Source of the DNA: a virus
Reading direction: 5' to 3' (one strand)
Virus record (IMG/VR): IMGVR_UViG_3300005541_000008
Location: 13,361 to 77,360 of that record
Length of the DNA: 64,000 bases
Shown here piece by piece: positions 48,744-57,923 of the stretch. The translations under genes were made by a program, and so were the position numbers. Below the pieces are notes generated by a model that was not told the DNA's origin, did not search any database, and saw nothing but the letters and a program-made list of their open reading frames with translations. How positions within the stretch are numbered: the stretch's first letter is position 1; every line of letters begins with the position of its first letter.

Positions 48744-49229
48744 ATGCATCACGGCCAACCTTTCTTCTTTCTCTCTACAAGCAGCGTTCGAACCTCGATG
48801 CCCCCTTTAATGAGCTTTGCCACAGCTACCTTTTCGGTACATTGGGGCGAGGAGAAAGGTTTCCTCGACTCAAAGAACAGGCCCTGTCAGTATAGGATGA
48901 TAAGACTCAACTCAATAGTGTTTGACGGCGATTGCATCGTACACGCGCTCTACGTTGACGATCGAGTCGAAGCGACTTGTCCAGTGGATAGGGGTCCTTT
49001 CCTTTACCTAGGGTTCGACGTCGCGCAACACCAAGTGCTTAGAGTGTGTTGTTCCGCCGTTTACACTTTTGCGATCGATCCCGAGAGAGGGTGGAGCGCT
49101 AAGGATCTTCTTGTGTGCTCAGGATGCGGCGTGGTGCAAGAGAAAAGGTGGGATGAGGAGCACACGTTGTGTAAAGAGTGTTTTGTAGAGATGCTCGGGA
49201 TAAAGACCTATCACGGAGTTGTGAGATGA
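48744..49229 (+). CDS. Hypothetical Cys-rich protein, paralog of 49226-49834
   Basis: GFLDSKNRPCQYR...LRVCCSA...CSGCGVVQ...HTLC. Confidence 0.7.
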   Translation: MHHGQPFFFLSTSSVRTSMPPLMSFATATFSVHWGEEKGFLDSKNRPCQYRMIRLNSIVFDGDCIVHALYVDDRVEATCPVDRGPFLYLGFDVAQHQVLRVCCSAVYTFAIDPERGWSAKDLLVCSGCGVVQEKRWDEEHTLCKECFVEMLGIKTYHGVVR

Positions 49230-49834
49230 AACGCCATAGTCAAAAATTCCTCGTAAAGGCGCGACGACGCAGAGTGACGAAGCACCGCAACCCCGCTTTC
49301 GAGTTTATGCAAAACGCCCTCGTAGCGATAGTGCGCGGAATCCCTAGTAAAATCGAGGACCTCTGGCAACCCTTATACGAGCGTGTCTATTCCCGGTGCG
49401 AAGAGCTAGGGTTTCTCGACACTAAGAACCGGCCGTGTCGTTATAGGAGGATAAGGATCTTACGGGTTGAGTTTGATGGCCCTTGTAGACTGCACGTGCT
49501 TTATAGGGGCAATGTGCGCTTGCTAACCGGTTCCCGCGGCCCCTACGTAAACTCGTACTGCGCGCCGGAGGTAGAGATTAAACGACACGAGGAGTTGAGA
49601 GTGTGCTGTTCTGCAGCGTACGTCTTCGAGATTATTGATCGCCGACACAAACCCCGTGGTCGTGCTTACCCTGTAGGACGGCGTACGTGTTCGGGGTGTG
49701 GTGTGGTGCAGAAGTATAAGCACCCAGAACACACTCTGTGTTTGGGGTGTTTTAGGGAGATGATCGGGGTTCCAACCTATCTCGTGGGGATGAAAGAGTG
49801 GCGTCCCGGGTTTAAAGGAGGTGGGAGTGACTGA
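49226..49834 (+). CDS. Hypothetical Cys-rich protein, paralog of 48744-49229
   Basis: GFLDTKNRPCRYR...LRVCCSA...CSGCGVVQ...HTLC. Confidence 0.7.
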   Translation: MKRHSQKFLVKARRRRVTKHRNPAFEFMQNALVAIVRGIPSKIEDLWQPLYERVYSRCEELGFLDTKNRPCRYRRIRILRVEFDGPCRLHVLYRGNVRLLTGSRGPYVNSYCAPEVEIKRHEELRVCCSAAYVFEIIDRRHKPRGRAYPVGRRTCSGCGVVQKYKHPEHTLCLGCFREMIGVPTYLVGMKEWRPGFKGGGSD

Positions 49835-50429
49835 CTGGCCTTGGCAACCTGAGAGGAAGGACCCTCTAGAGGAGCGTGCGTGGCGGCGCAACCCTAACCC
49901 TGAAGTAATCCACCAACCCGTCTACACACGCATCACGATCCCCGCACACACACCGGGCTTTGCGAATTACGCATTCGGCTACGCAAGGGGACAGCACATC
50001 CCAGAGCTCGGTCGGGTATCGACTCTCCACGACACTAACCTCGACCAAGCGAATGTGATGCCGTCGAGAAAGTTCGAGTTTCAGACCTTAGTAATTGTAA
50101 TCACGGCCGCAACACTCAGCGACTACCTCGACGTGTACAATAACCTCTTCGGCGAGTTTAGGGTGGTAGATAAGAACATGCTCTATTTCGTGATGCAACA
50201 TCTTTGCCCTATGTATGTTGCAAACCTCCGCCCTGCGAGTACTTTGCCGAGGAATGTAAAGGATCTTCATCTCAACCCGCGCTACCGACGGTTCTCGCAC
50301 AAGCTCCAAACCCCGATCCTTATCAACCCCTACGAGTTCTTCCAGCTCCGAGTTGACTGCGACGTGGACTTGGCGTATGCTGTTGGGTTGTATATTGCGC
50401 TCGATGGCTTGATGTGGAGACCTGTGTAA
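49821..50429 (+). CDS. Beta-rich protein, possibly jelly-roll capsid-like; homolog of the ORF at 1-518
   Basis: QPVYTRI, DTNL, VDKNM, KLQTPILINPYEFFQLRV. Confidence 0.55.
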   Translation: MGVTDWPWQPERKDPLEERAWRRNPNPEVIHQPVYTRITIPAHTPGFANYAFGYARGQHIPELGRVSTLHDTNLDQANVMPSRKFEFQTLVIVITAATLSDYLDVYNNLFGEFRVVDKNMLYFVMQHLCPMYVANLRPASTLPRNVKDLHLNPRYRRFSHKLQTPILINPYEFFQLRVDCDVDLAYAVGLYIALDGLMWRPV

Positions 50430-50607
50430 TGGAGGAGATCGAGCGCTTAAAGGAACGCTTGGCCCTAGCAGAACGCCTCATCCTCTCAATCCTCGCCCAC
50501 GAGTCGAAGATGGACCATTTCGAGTATAAGGACCTTGCCGACCACAACGCTGCGGTGGAGAATATCCGTGTGATGATTGCAGAGTTTCTCCGCGGGAGGA
50601 AGGCGTA

Positions 50608-51024
50608 GTGTGGTCTTCGGTTATGCCGTATAAGATCGAGAGCTATCTCGGGACTTTCATATATAAGAGTCCTGTCATAGAGATCTACCCCGGAGCATTC
50701 TCGAACCGGGTCGAGACGCGTATCGAAAGCGACGTCGACTTCCTCTGCTACGGCGCAGCACTTCACTTCCTCGAGGAGGAGGTAGACACCCTCAACGCGT
50801 ATATCTTCGACCAATCATGCGGGCGCGCCCTGAGCAACACTCCACGCATGCCTGCCGCGGTTCTCTTCGGTACTATAGAAGCACCTCGTGCTTGGCCCGT
50901 GCCGCGTTTGTTCAGGGCTGCATCGAGTGTAATAACGGATATCACCGGCGACCCGGATATAGGATTGACATTCGAGCTTTACTTCTACGGCGCAAAGGTT
51001 CGCGTACTAAATGGGAGGCCCTAA
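50608..51024 (+). CDS. Beta-rich protein, paralog of 51247-51660
   Basis: FIYKS, ALHFLEEE, LFG..P..WPVP, DPDIG. Confidence 0.65.
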   Translation: MWSSVMPYKIESYLGTFIYKSPVIEIYPGAFSNRVETRIESDVDFLCYGAALHFLEEEVDTLNAYIFDQSCGRALSNTPRMPAAVLFGTIEAPRAWPVPRLFRAASSVITDITGDPDIGLTFELYFYGAKVRVLNGRP

Positions 51025-51254
51025 TGGAGAAACGACGTACCCCAGACCACGTTAACCACCCCGAGCACTATAACCTTCACCCTTCAGGGGTTGAGTGTAT
51101 TGATGTTGTCGAGCATATGAGCTTCAACCTCGGTAACGCAATCAAGTACGTGTGGCGCGCCGGCCACAAGAACGGACTCGAAGACCTAAAGAAAGCGGTC
51201 TGGTATATCAACCGCGAGATCGCCCGTCTCGAGAAAGGCAACCCGAATGAGTGA
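51024..51254 (+). CDS. DUF3310 family protein
   Basis: DHVNHPEHY...ECIDV...FNLGNAIKYVWRAGHK..LEDLKKAVWYI. Confidence 0.88.
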   Translation: MEKRRTPDHVNHPEHYNLHPSGVECIDVVEHMSFNLGNAIKYVWRAGHKNGLEDLKKAVWYINREIARLEKGNPNE

Positions 51255-51660
51255 GGGCTTCCAGCCTTTCATATACCAAAGCTCCGTGATAAGACTCTCG
51301 CCCGGACAAGACCACAGCGAGCAGATACAGATGCGTCGCGAATATCACTTCATCTGCATCGCGGGCGCCATACACTTCTTCGAGGACGAGATTGAGGGTG
51401 AGAGTACGCTGAGAGTAAAGGTAGGAGCGAACCTGAACGCTGCAGAGTTTTTCTCTCTGGAGCCCGTACCCTACCAACTACTCTTCGGCCCCTTAAACAA
51501 CCCAGCAAAGTGGCCCGTACCGAAGAAGTTCAAGTCGAGCGGGCCGTGGTCTCCGAATTTCATACAGCTCGATTTCAAGTGCGATCCGGACATAGGCACC
51601 GCGTTTCAGATCTACTTATTAGGGAACAATGAATGGAATGGAGAGAAAACGAGTGCCTAA
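51247..51660 (+). CDS. Beta-rich protein, paralog of 50608-51024
   Basis: FIYQS, AIHFFEDE, LFG..P..WPVP, DPDIG. Confidence 0.65.
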   Translation: MSEGFQPFIYQSSVIRLSPGQDHSEQIQMRREYHFICIAGAIHFFEDEIEGESTLRVKVGANLNAAEFFSLEPVPYQLLFGPLNNPAKWPVPKKFKSSGPWSPNFIQLDFKCDPDIGTAFQIYLLGNNEWNGEKTSA

Positions 51661-51867
51661 AGAAGACCACACCGGACACGATCACTCTGAAGAAGCTACT
51701 GAGCGTTTGGCGCTCGAGGCCACGCAGCTCTTCAGCGAAACCCTTTTTAAATGGATGGCTGCGAATCGGGCGCCGTGTAGTGTCGTGACTACGATGGCCG
51801 CGTACCGCGCGGTTATCGCGGTACAAGAGGCGCTTGTTGCGCGTATTGAGGATTGGATGGAGGGGTA

Positions 51868-52164
51868 ATGAGTACTTGGAAGGAAATGCCCACTGAGTAT
51901 AGGTGGTTGGGTGAAGTCGCGCGAGGCGGTCTCGTGCACTACAGAAGCCCCAACAACGCCCCTTGGCGACCGGGGAATGTGCTTCGGTATTACGACGGCG
52001 ACCTATACGTAATTTGTGGGTGCGGAGAGCCGATTCGTCTCGATGCGAGATGGAAGGCGGTTGGTGTTGGGGAGCCGGATATGTCGATAGAGCCCTCGAT
52101 TTGGCATAGGACAGAGCATTGTGGATGGCATTTTGTGCTTACGAAGGGGAAATGGCATACCTAA
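51868..52164 (+). CDS. DUF6527-like Zn-binding protein
   Basis: CGCGEPIRL...W...SIEPSI...CGWHFVLTKG. Confidence 0.6.
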   Translation: MSTWKEMPTEYRWLGEVARGGLVHYRSPNNAPWRPGNVLRYYDGDLYVICGCGEPIRLDARWKAVGVGEPDMSIEPSIWHRTEHCGWHFVLTKGKWHT

Positions 52165-52634
52165 GCCGGCGTCGTCATCTTCGCCTTAACACTATCCACA
52201 TACGCCTGACTCGCCCACGTCCCATCGGGATTCTTCCTCGGCGAGCCCTCATTATACGCAGCTATAACCCCATCCCAACCAAACTCCGCGAAGTAGTGAT
52301 CACGTAGGTAAGCGAGCTCCTTACATCCGTAATCGAGTCCCGTCTCGGGGTCGCAGAGCTGCGTTAGGAATGGTCCCGTGAAGCCCTTCTCCCGTGCGTC
52401 TTCTCCCATGATCTGCATGAGGCCGAAACTCGTCGCGCGGAAATTGCGCTCTGTCTCGAGTGAGCACGTGCCCCAGTGTTGGACGTTAGGGCGGATGTAG
52501 CGGGATAGGAAGGCGGGTTCGAATCTCGCTTCCCAGGGGTTCATAGAGCTCTCTTCGAGCGCGATTGCGGTGATGAGCTCGGGAGGAAGGGAGTATTGGG
52601 TTGCTTTGGCCGTGATGAGAGATGTGTAGTCCAT
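52161..52634 (-). CDS. Lytic transglycosylase (SLT family), probable endolysin
   Basis: AIALEESS (catalytic Glu), FGLMQI, AAYNEG, YVDSV. Confidence 0.9.
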   Translation of the reverse strand: MDYTSLITAKATQYSLPPELITAIALEESSMNPWEARFEPAFLSRYIRPNVQHWGTCSLETERNFRATSFGLMQIMGEDAREKGFTGPFLTQLCDPETGLDYGCKELAYLRDHYFAEFGWDGVIAAYNEGSPRKNPDGTWASQAYVDSVKAKMTTPA

Positions 52635-52645
52635 TACTCCTCCAT

Positions 52646-53422
52646 TCAAAAAAGATGCCTCACCGAAACAAACTCCTCTCCCGTCATAGAATACCCCAAC
52701 ACAAGGGGCTTTGTCATCGGATGCTCGTCAGCCCAGCGCTCTATATAATCCGCAGCGGCGTAGGCAGCAATACGGGAGAGGAGTTTGTTGAGGTCCATCT
52801 CCTCAGAGAGCGTGGTCGCCTGGAGCGTTGCCTTCTTCCCGATCCGCGGGAATTTCTCCATGAGCTCGGACCACGCCTCGGCGTAAGCGTTCCTATACAC
52901 CTCCATGAGCCCCGTATAGTCGCGGAAATTATAAGGGGCGGTAAGGTGAAGTCTCCTTCCCCCTCCCCACGCGCGTTTGAGTTGTACCTTCGAGCGGTAG
53001 GGGTTAGAGCGAATATCTGCTGAGAGGTTGATGTGCTTATTTGGTCCGCTATCATCACCCGTTAGAGCTGTCTTAGGGAGCAATACGTAGGTCGGCCCTA
53101 CGGCTTCTGCGATGCGCTTAATCACCCATTGGAGAATCTCGTAACAGCGGCGGATCTCATCGGCGAGGCCCTCAATCGTCACGGGATTGCTTCGCACTTC
53201 GAGGTTGCCGTTGGAGTCGAGATACATTGAGCCGTGTGCTGATCTGTCAGGTACGATATCGGTCGGGATAAGAAGCTTAATCATGCCTGGCGATGGTACG
53301 TGGCTAGTGTGTATAAAATCCTTGCTCGTAGGCCGCACAAAGACCGCGTGCCCTTCAAACCTCACGAGGTGAAGCTGCGGCTCCCACTCAATACCAATTA
53401 TTCCCGTGATGGAGGTGGGCAT
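52646..53422 (-). CDS. Hypothetical protein
   Basis: 258 aa ORF in the - strand operon. Confidence 0.65.
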   Translation of the reverse strand: MPTSITGIIGIEWEPQLHLVRFEGHAVFVRPTSKDFIHTSHVPSPGMIKLLIPTDIVPDRSAHGSMYLDSNGNLEVRSNPVTIEGLADEIRRCYEILQWVIKRIAEAVGPTYVLLPKTALTGDDSGPNKHINLSADIRSNPYRSKVQLKRAWGGGRRLHLTAPYNFRDYTGLMEVYRNAYAEAWSELMEKFPRIGKKATLQATTLSEEMDLNKLLSRIAAYAAADYIERWADEHPMTKPLVLGYSMTGEEFVSVRHLF

Positions 53423-54233
53423 CGCTAACCTATCCCTTTCTCCTTAACATCTGTCACGCGAACACTCCCTATCCTATCTCCACGCACTCTAACGTCGGTG
53501 AGGGTCGGCTCGAAGGGGAGCTCGAGATAGATCAAGTATCCTCCGCGCGTTTCTGTACGGAGAGATAAGTATCTCGACATAAGCTTATTGAAGTCGTGTA
53601 CGTCCCGGACTAAGTCATCACGTAGGGCGATACGGTATAGCTCGTCGATTGCGATCCACCTTCGAGTAGCGTATAGCTCGAGGAGCTCGCTGACAGTACG
53701 TACGGGCATCGCTAACGAAACGTCCTCCACGGACCGCGAACCACAATCATGTACCCACGCCCTGTTGGATAGTCAACCCCCATAAAATCCTTGCCCGGAA
53801 CCATTTCGTGCAGATCCTCACCCAGGTCCCCGAGAGCGTCTGCGAGTCGCCAGGTCGCAGCCTCATACTCTCCGTCTTCGAGGCGGCGGATTGCGTTTCT
53901 TAGGAGGCTTATTGTGTCTCGAATCTTAGGGGGTGCTGCGTTGCGTCGGAGATGGTGCATAGGGGCCTCCTTACTCTTACAGCTGTAGCACGTTGTTAAC
54001 ACGAAACACAATCATATCCCCACCTTCAAGCATCATAATTAAGTCCTCTTCCTCCAACACTTTATCGTACGCTAAGTACATTTGAATCGCCTCGTCTAAG
54101 GTAGGAGCATCGACCAGAATCCCTTCAGCGTTCCCTAACTCTCCTCCTTCTTGGTAATCGCGGTCTATTTCTGAGTTCAGGACGAAGGCCCAGAGCATTT
54201 AGAGTCTACCTCCGCACTATCCGCAGCAGCCTA

Positions 54234-54539
54234 TTAGTCCCAAATCACCTTACGCACGGTCATAAGGCCCTTCAAGAGCGCGCGCTCGAAATCCTGAAGC
54301 GTCGTTGGCGAGCTGACCCCGTTAGCTTTCCTATATTGTAACTTATAGCTACTCCACCAGTTATCTATAGGCATGTTGCTCGGAAGGAGGAAGTACTCGT
54401 TCTGTATTGCATTGAGTAAGTCGCCTAGACCGCTTACGGTCTCTGCGTCGGACGCTCTCTCTACGAACCGGTCTCCGAGGCTCGTCGTCGTAAGGCAAAT
54501 CGAGGTTGCCTTGTCGATGTATTTGTAGTCTTCACGCAT
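54234..54539 (-). CDS. Hypothetical protein, paralog of 31600-31989
   Basis: MREDYKYIDKATSICLTT...YKLQYR...LMTVRKVIWD. Confidence 0.7.
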   Translation of the reverse strand: MREDYKYIDKATSICLTTTSLGDRFVERASDAETVSGLGDLLNAIQNEYFLLPSNMPIDNWWSSYKLQYRKANGVSSPTTLQDFERALLKGLMTVRKVIWD

Positions 54540-54702
54540 CTCACCTCACCTCACCACTTCAACGCAGCCCACCAAACCGCGAGCAAGAGCATAATGCCCC
54601 CAGTTGCTTTAAGCACCTTCATCTGCGCTGCTTTCGTCCCCTCGTCCGGCACTGCATTAGTCCAGATCGAAGGGGCTTCTTGTCCAAATCCTCTACGCAC
54701 AA

Positions 54703-55032
54703 CTATGCCCTCCTTTTCCTCTTCCCCATAAACCACCACGCACCGCCTGCAGCAGCGAGAATCATAAGCCACGTTGTGCCGGTGAGGCCGAGCGGATAAT
54801 CACTAAACCCCTGCCCCCATTGCACGTTCTTGTAAAAGGGCATGAGCTCTGAAGGGAGCGGCCCTGACGAATAAGTCTGCGCACTCGGGCTTATTTGCGC
54901 AACACCCGATTCCGGCGCGGGCCAGAGCGTTTCGGGAGCGCTCGCCGGGGTTACGGGCGTCGGAAAAATGGACTCATAATACGGCATGAGCCCCGCAGGA
55001 ACTTGCTGTTCGAAACTCGCTTGGGCGAACAT
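54703..55032 (-). CDS. Small membrane-anchored protein
   Basis: Starts MFAQ; C-terminal TM plus GKRKRR. Confidence 0.65.
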   Translation of the reverse strand: MFAQASFEQQVPAGLMPYYESIFPTPVTPASAPETLWPAPESGVAQISPSAQTYSSGPLPSELMPFYKNVQWGQGFSDYPLGLTGTTWLMILAAAGGAWWFMGKRKRRA

Positions 55033-55033
55033 T

Positions 55034-55318
55034 TTACCTCCTTCTCCTTATCGGGAATAGTAGAGCAGTACCAAAAACCATTGCAACCGCGGTAATTGCA
55101 GCCTTCGCTCCCGGACTAAGTCTCGAAGGAGGCGGAGCCGGCGGAGGTGTGTTTGACGAGATTGAGAGATCCTGCGTCACGGGGATTGTTTGTACAGGAG
55201 GTGCGCCAGGTGCGGGCGATGCCCCTACAATCGGCCCTTCCGAGGTCGGGTACACGGTCATCCAATAAGGCACGGGTTCGGGAAGTGCCCCTGAGTCGTA
55301 GGTGATTTGTCCGTACAT
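55034..55318 (-). CDS. Small membrane-anchored protein
   Basis: Starts MYGQ; Pro-rich; C-terminal TM plus RRRR. Confidence 0.65.
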   Translation of the reverse strand: MYGQITYDSGALPEPVPYWMTVYPTSEGPIVGASPAPGAPPVQTIPVTQDLSISSNTPPPAPPPSRLSPGAKAAITAVAMVFGTALLFPIRRRR

Positions 55319-55586
55319 TAGAATTTCTCCTCTCTTTTCTCGTGCCAGCGCACAGCGTCCGTCACATCCTCGTGGAGTCCGTGCCGTTCAAACTGCTCTA
55401 GGGCTACCCGTACGTGTACGGCATCTCTGTAAGCCATTATAAGCTCGTTTAGTGCTCTCTCCGTAAGCCAAGGTTCGAGTCCTATTATGAGTTGAATTGG
55501 GCGAACCTTCTGGATCAAACGCGATAGCGATCGGGTTAGGTTGTCGACATCCAGTTTTGCGTCAGCGAGGTCGTCTTCGAAAGCCA

Positions 55587-55799
55587 CTATTCTTCCTCCT
55601 CTTCTTCGACAGGACCGAGCTGTCTCACAATCTCCCGTGCTACCAACTCCTCGAGCTCTATAATGTCGTTATGGCTCAGGTCTTTAACAGGAATTCTCTC
55701 TATTGCATCGAATGCAATAAGGTCGATAAGCTCGTATAACTCGTCTAGGTTGAGAGCTTCAACAAGGTCCCTAATCTCTTCGTCGCTCGGAAACGGCAT
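55587..55799 (-). CDS. Small highly acidic protein
   Basis: D/E-rich, ends EEEEEE. Confidence 0.65.
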   Translation of the reverse strand: MPFPSDEEIRDLVEALNLDELYELIDLIAFDAIERIPVKDLSHNDIIELEELVAREIVRQLGPVEEEEEE

Positions 55800-56029
55800 C
55801 AGAGCTCCTCTTCCGGCTCACCCAAAATCTCTTCGAGCTCGTCTCCGTCCGCCATGTCCACGATAAAGTTATCTATAGCGGCGCTGTGTAGATCCGTGTC
55901 GAAGTGCTTAACGATCACTCTCAAGATATCCTCGTCGGAGACGTTGGGATATCCGTTCTCCGCGAGCTGTCCTCTAAGCTCTTCGATAGTCTCGTCGTCG
56001 ACGGGTACGATCGCCTTGCCAGCCATCAA
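55799..56029 (-). CDS. Small highly acidic protein
   Basis: D/E-rich. Confidence 0.65.
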   Translation of the reverse strand: MMAGKAIVPVDDETIEELRGQLAENGYPNVSDEDILRVIVKHFDTDLHSAAIDNFIVDMADGDELEEILGEPEEEL

Positions 56030-56036
56030 AGCCCCC

Positions 56037-56342
56037 TCACCCTCTCTCCAAATTATCCAACGCCTCTATAAAACCGGGCAGCACTTTCTCCACAATGTCC
56101 GGAAGAACATCTATCACGTCGCTCTGTGTGTACGAAATCTCGTTTAGCTCGTGCATAATCTCTCGAATACTTTCTGCCTCTTCGAGAGCAGCGAGGTGGT
56201 TTCTCCAAATCTCGATATCTTCGGTCTCGTCTCTAGACTCGAAATGCTCTACAGACTTATCGGCAGCTTCGATATAGTACTCCTTAAACGCCTCGAAAAA
56301 GTCCATCAAATCCCCCTCACCACCTCGAGATCCTTTCCCCAC
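56037..56342 (-). CDS. Small acidic helical protein (true start probably at MDFFEAF)
   Basis: D/E-rich. Confidence 0.6.
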   Translation of the reverse strand: MGKGSRGGEGDLMDFFEAFKEYYIEAADKSVEHFESRDETEDIEIWRNHLAALEEAESIREIMHELNEISYTQSDVIDVLPDIVEKVLPGFIEALDNLERG

Positions 56343-56593
56343 ACACTATCCGCCCTCTCTACCTCAACCCCGAAGAGCTTAAACGCGAGCGCGTCCGCGT
56401 CCATCTCATCCCGGGCGCCGGCGAGATGTCCAAACTCGTGCAACAACACCCCCACACGATACTTCACGGGGAGCGTGTAGTAAGCCCTCGCAACACAAAT
56501 CACACCCTTCACGTGACCCGTGTGCGCGTACTGCCTCCGCGATCGCGTGTGATCTCTCTCTGCAACCCTACACCACTCAACGACCGGGATCAC
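56306..56593 (-). CDS. Minimal zincin-like protein (HExxH)
   Basis: GVLLHEFGHL...EMDAD. Confidence 0.6.
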   Translation of the reverse strand: MIPVVEWCRVAERDHTRSRRQYAHTGHVKGVICVARAYYTLPVKYRVGVLLHEFGHLAGARDEMDADALAFKLFGVEVERADSVWGKDLEVVRGI

Positions 56594-56799
56594 GCTACTC
56601 GTTCCTCATTCGGCCGCCTTCTACCGCAAGCCCTCCTATAGCCTGCAGGAGTCGGGGGACGTACGCCCCTTCTACGTCGTACCTATACACCCGCGTAGAA
56701 GCGAACGGCTCTCCTCTGTCTCCGTATTCCACGTTGCTGATAGTAACGACAACCTCGACGAGCTGATGTTCGGACGGAATTCGTGCCATTTCGTTCTCC

Positions 56800-57321
56800 T
56801 TATGCTGGTACCGCCACAACGCCCGTAGGCGCCCTCTTCGCTCTTGTAACCCACCAAAACGCTAGTCCCGCAGCTGCTACAAACACAACAATCGCAATAG
56901 ACCCCTTTTTCTCCCAACTATACGCCGCCATTACCCTAGTCACGTAGCCCTGATTACTATACACGAGAGGGCCGAGGAGGATGTTGTGCGCGGGCTTCCC
57001 TGCATTATACGCACTAGCAATATCCTCGGGATACCCCCCATACTTATCCTGCAGCTCTCGAATATACGCAGTGCCCACAGTAATATTCACGGCGGGGGTG
57101 AGGAGTTGTTGAGCCGTAAGCGTAGAATTCCCGGACACGCGTCTCGCAGTCGTGAGCAACACCTGCATAAGACCATACGACGCATCGTTGATCTGGGGCT
57201 CGGGACGGACGGCGTTGGGGTTCCAGTTCGACTCGACGGAGATAATCGCCTTGACGAAGTCCGGATCGATTCCGTATTGTGCCGCGGCCTGGTTAATTAG
57301 GTCGTCGTAGGGGGTCGCCAT
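56800..57321 (-). CDS. Membrane-anchored lytic transglycosylase, probably virion-associated
   Basis: AIISVESNWN, YGLMQV, SAYNAG, YVTRV, then C-terminal TM plus basic tail. Confidence 0.9.
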   Translation of the reverse strand: MATPYDDLINQAAAQYGIDPDFVKAIISVESNWNPNAVRPEPQINDASYGLMQVLLTTARRVSGNSTLTAQQLLTPAVNITVGTAYIRELQDKYGGYPEDIASAYNAGKPAHNILLGPLVYSNQGYVTRVMAAYSWEKKGSIAIVVFVAAAGLAFWWVTRAKRAPTGVVAVPA

Positions 57322-57587
57322 TACTCCTCCCCTTCCTCCTCCAACTCTTCTTCCTTATTATAATAATCCTCGATGTCCTCATCCGTGATCGGCTCGTTGC
57401 TGATAAAAAGTAGTTCACCATCGACGCGCATATAGAACGGGGCGTTGGGATCCTCGGCCTCCCCTACCATCTTAAAAACATCTTCCTGAAGGTCATTTCC
57501 CGGTTCGTCGAAGTCGTGTACCTCGAGCCACTTCTCTTCAGCCACCGCCCACCCTCCACCTTGTTCCCCACAATTATACCACAACAA
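57321..57587 (-). CDS. Small highly acidic protein
   Basis: Ends EEELEEEGEE. Confidence 0.6.
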   Translation of the reverse strand: MLWYNCGEQGGGWAVAEEKWLEVHDFDEPGNDLQEDVFKMVGEAEDPNAPFYMRVDGELLFISNEPITDEDIEDYYNKEEELEEEGEE

Positions 57588-57602
57588 ATTCCAAAAATCA
57601 AC

Positions 57603-57908
57603 TCATGTGGACCTCGGCCTTGCCATAGACCACAACAACACCCCGCCGAGTGCAATCCCTCCGTACATAAGATAGGCCGTCGGGATACCAAACAAGGTCC
57701 CACCCCCTCTCGGCCCTTTAGGTGCAGGAGCCGCAGGCGCCGTGATATGAAGCTGTGACCTCGCCGTGAGATCTGCCATCGCAGGCGGCATCCCCGCTAT
57801 CGTAAGCGACTTCACGAGCGCCTGATACTCGAGGGTCTTTGCGAGTGAAGTGCCCGGAGGCAACGGCGGAACTGCACTAGGCGTTTGCCCTAACTGTCTC
57901 GTGTACAT
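57603..57908 (-). CDS. Small membrane-anchored protein
   Basis: MYTRQLGQ; C-terminal TM. Confidence 0.65.
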   Translation of the reverse strand: MYTRQLGQTPSAVPPLPPGTSLAKTLEYQALVKSLTIAGMPPAMADLTARSQLHITAPAAPAPKGPRGGGTLFGIPTAYLMYGGIALGGVLLWSMARPRST

Positions 57909-57923
57909 GTAGTCACCCCCTCT

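Noticed and set aside
8268-52164. Frequent CTCGAG/TCGA palindromes as a sign of restriction immunity
   Set aside because: Not counted, and plausibly explained by the Leu-Glu codon pair CTC GAG; a Markov-model test is needed.
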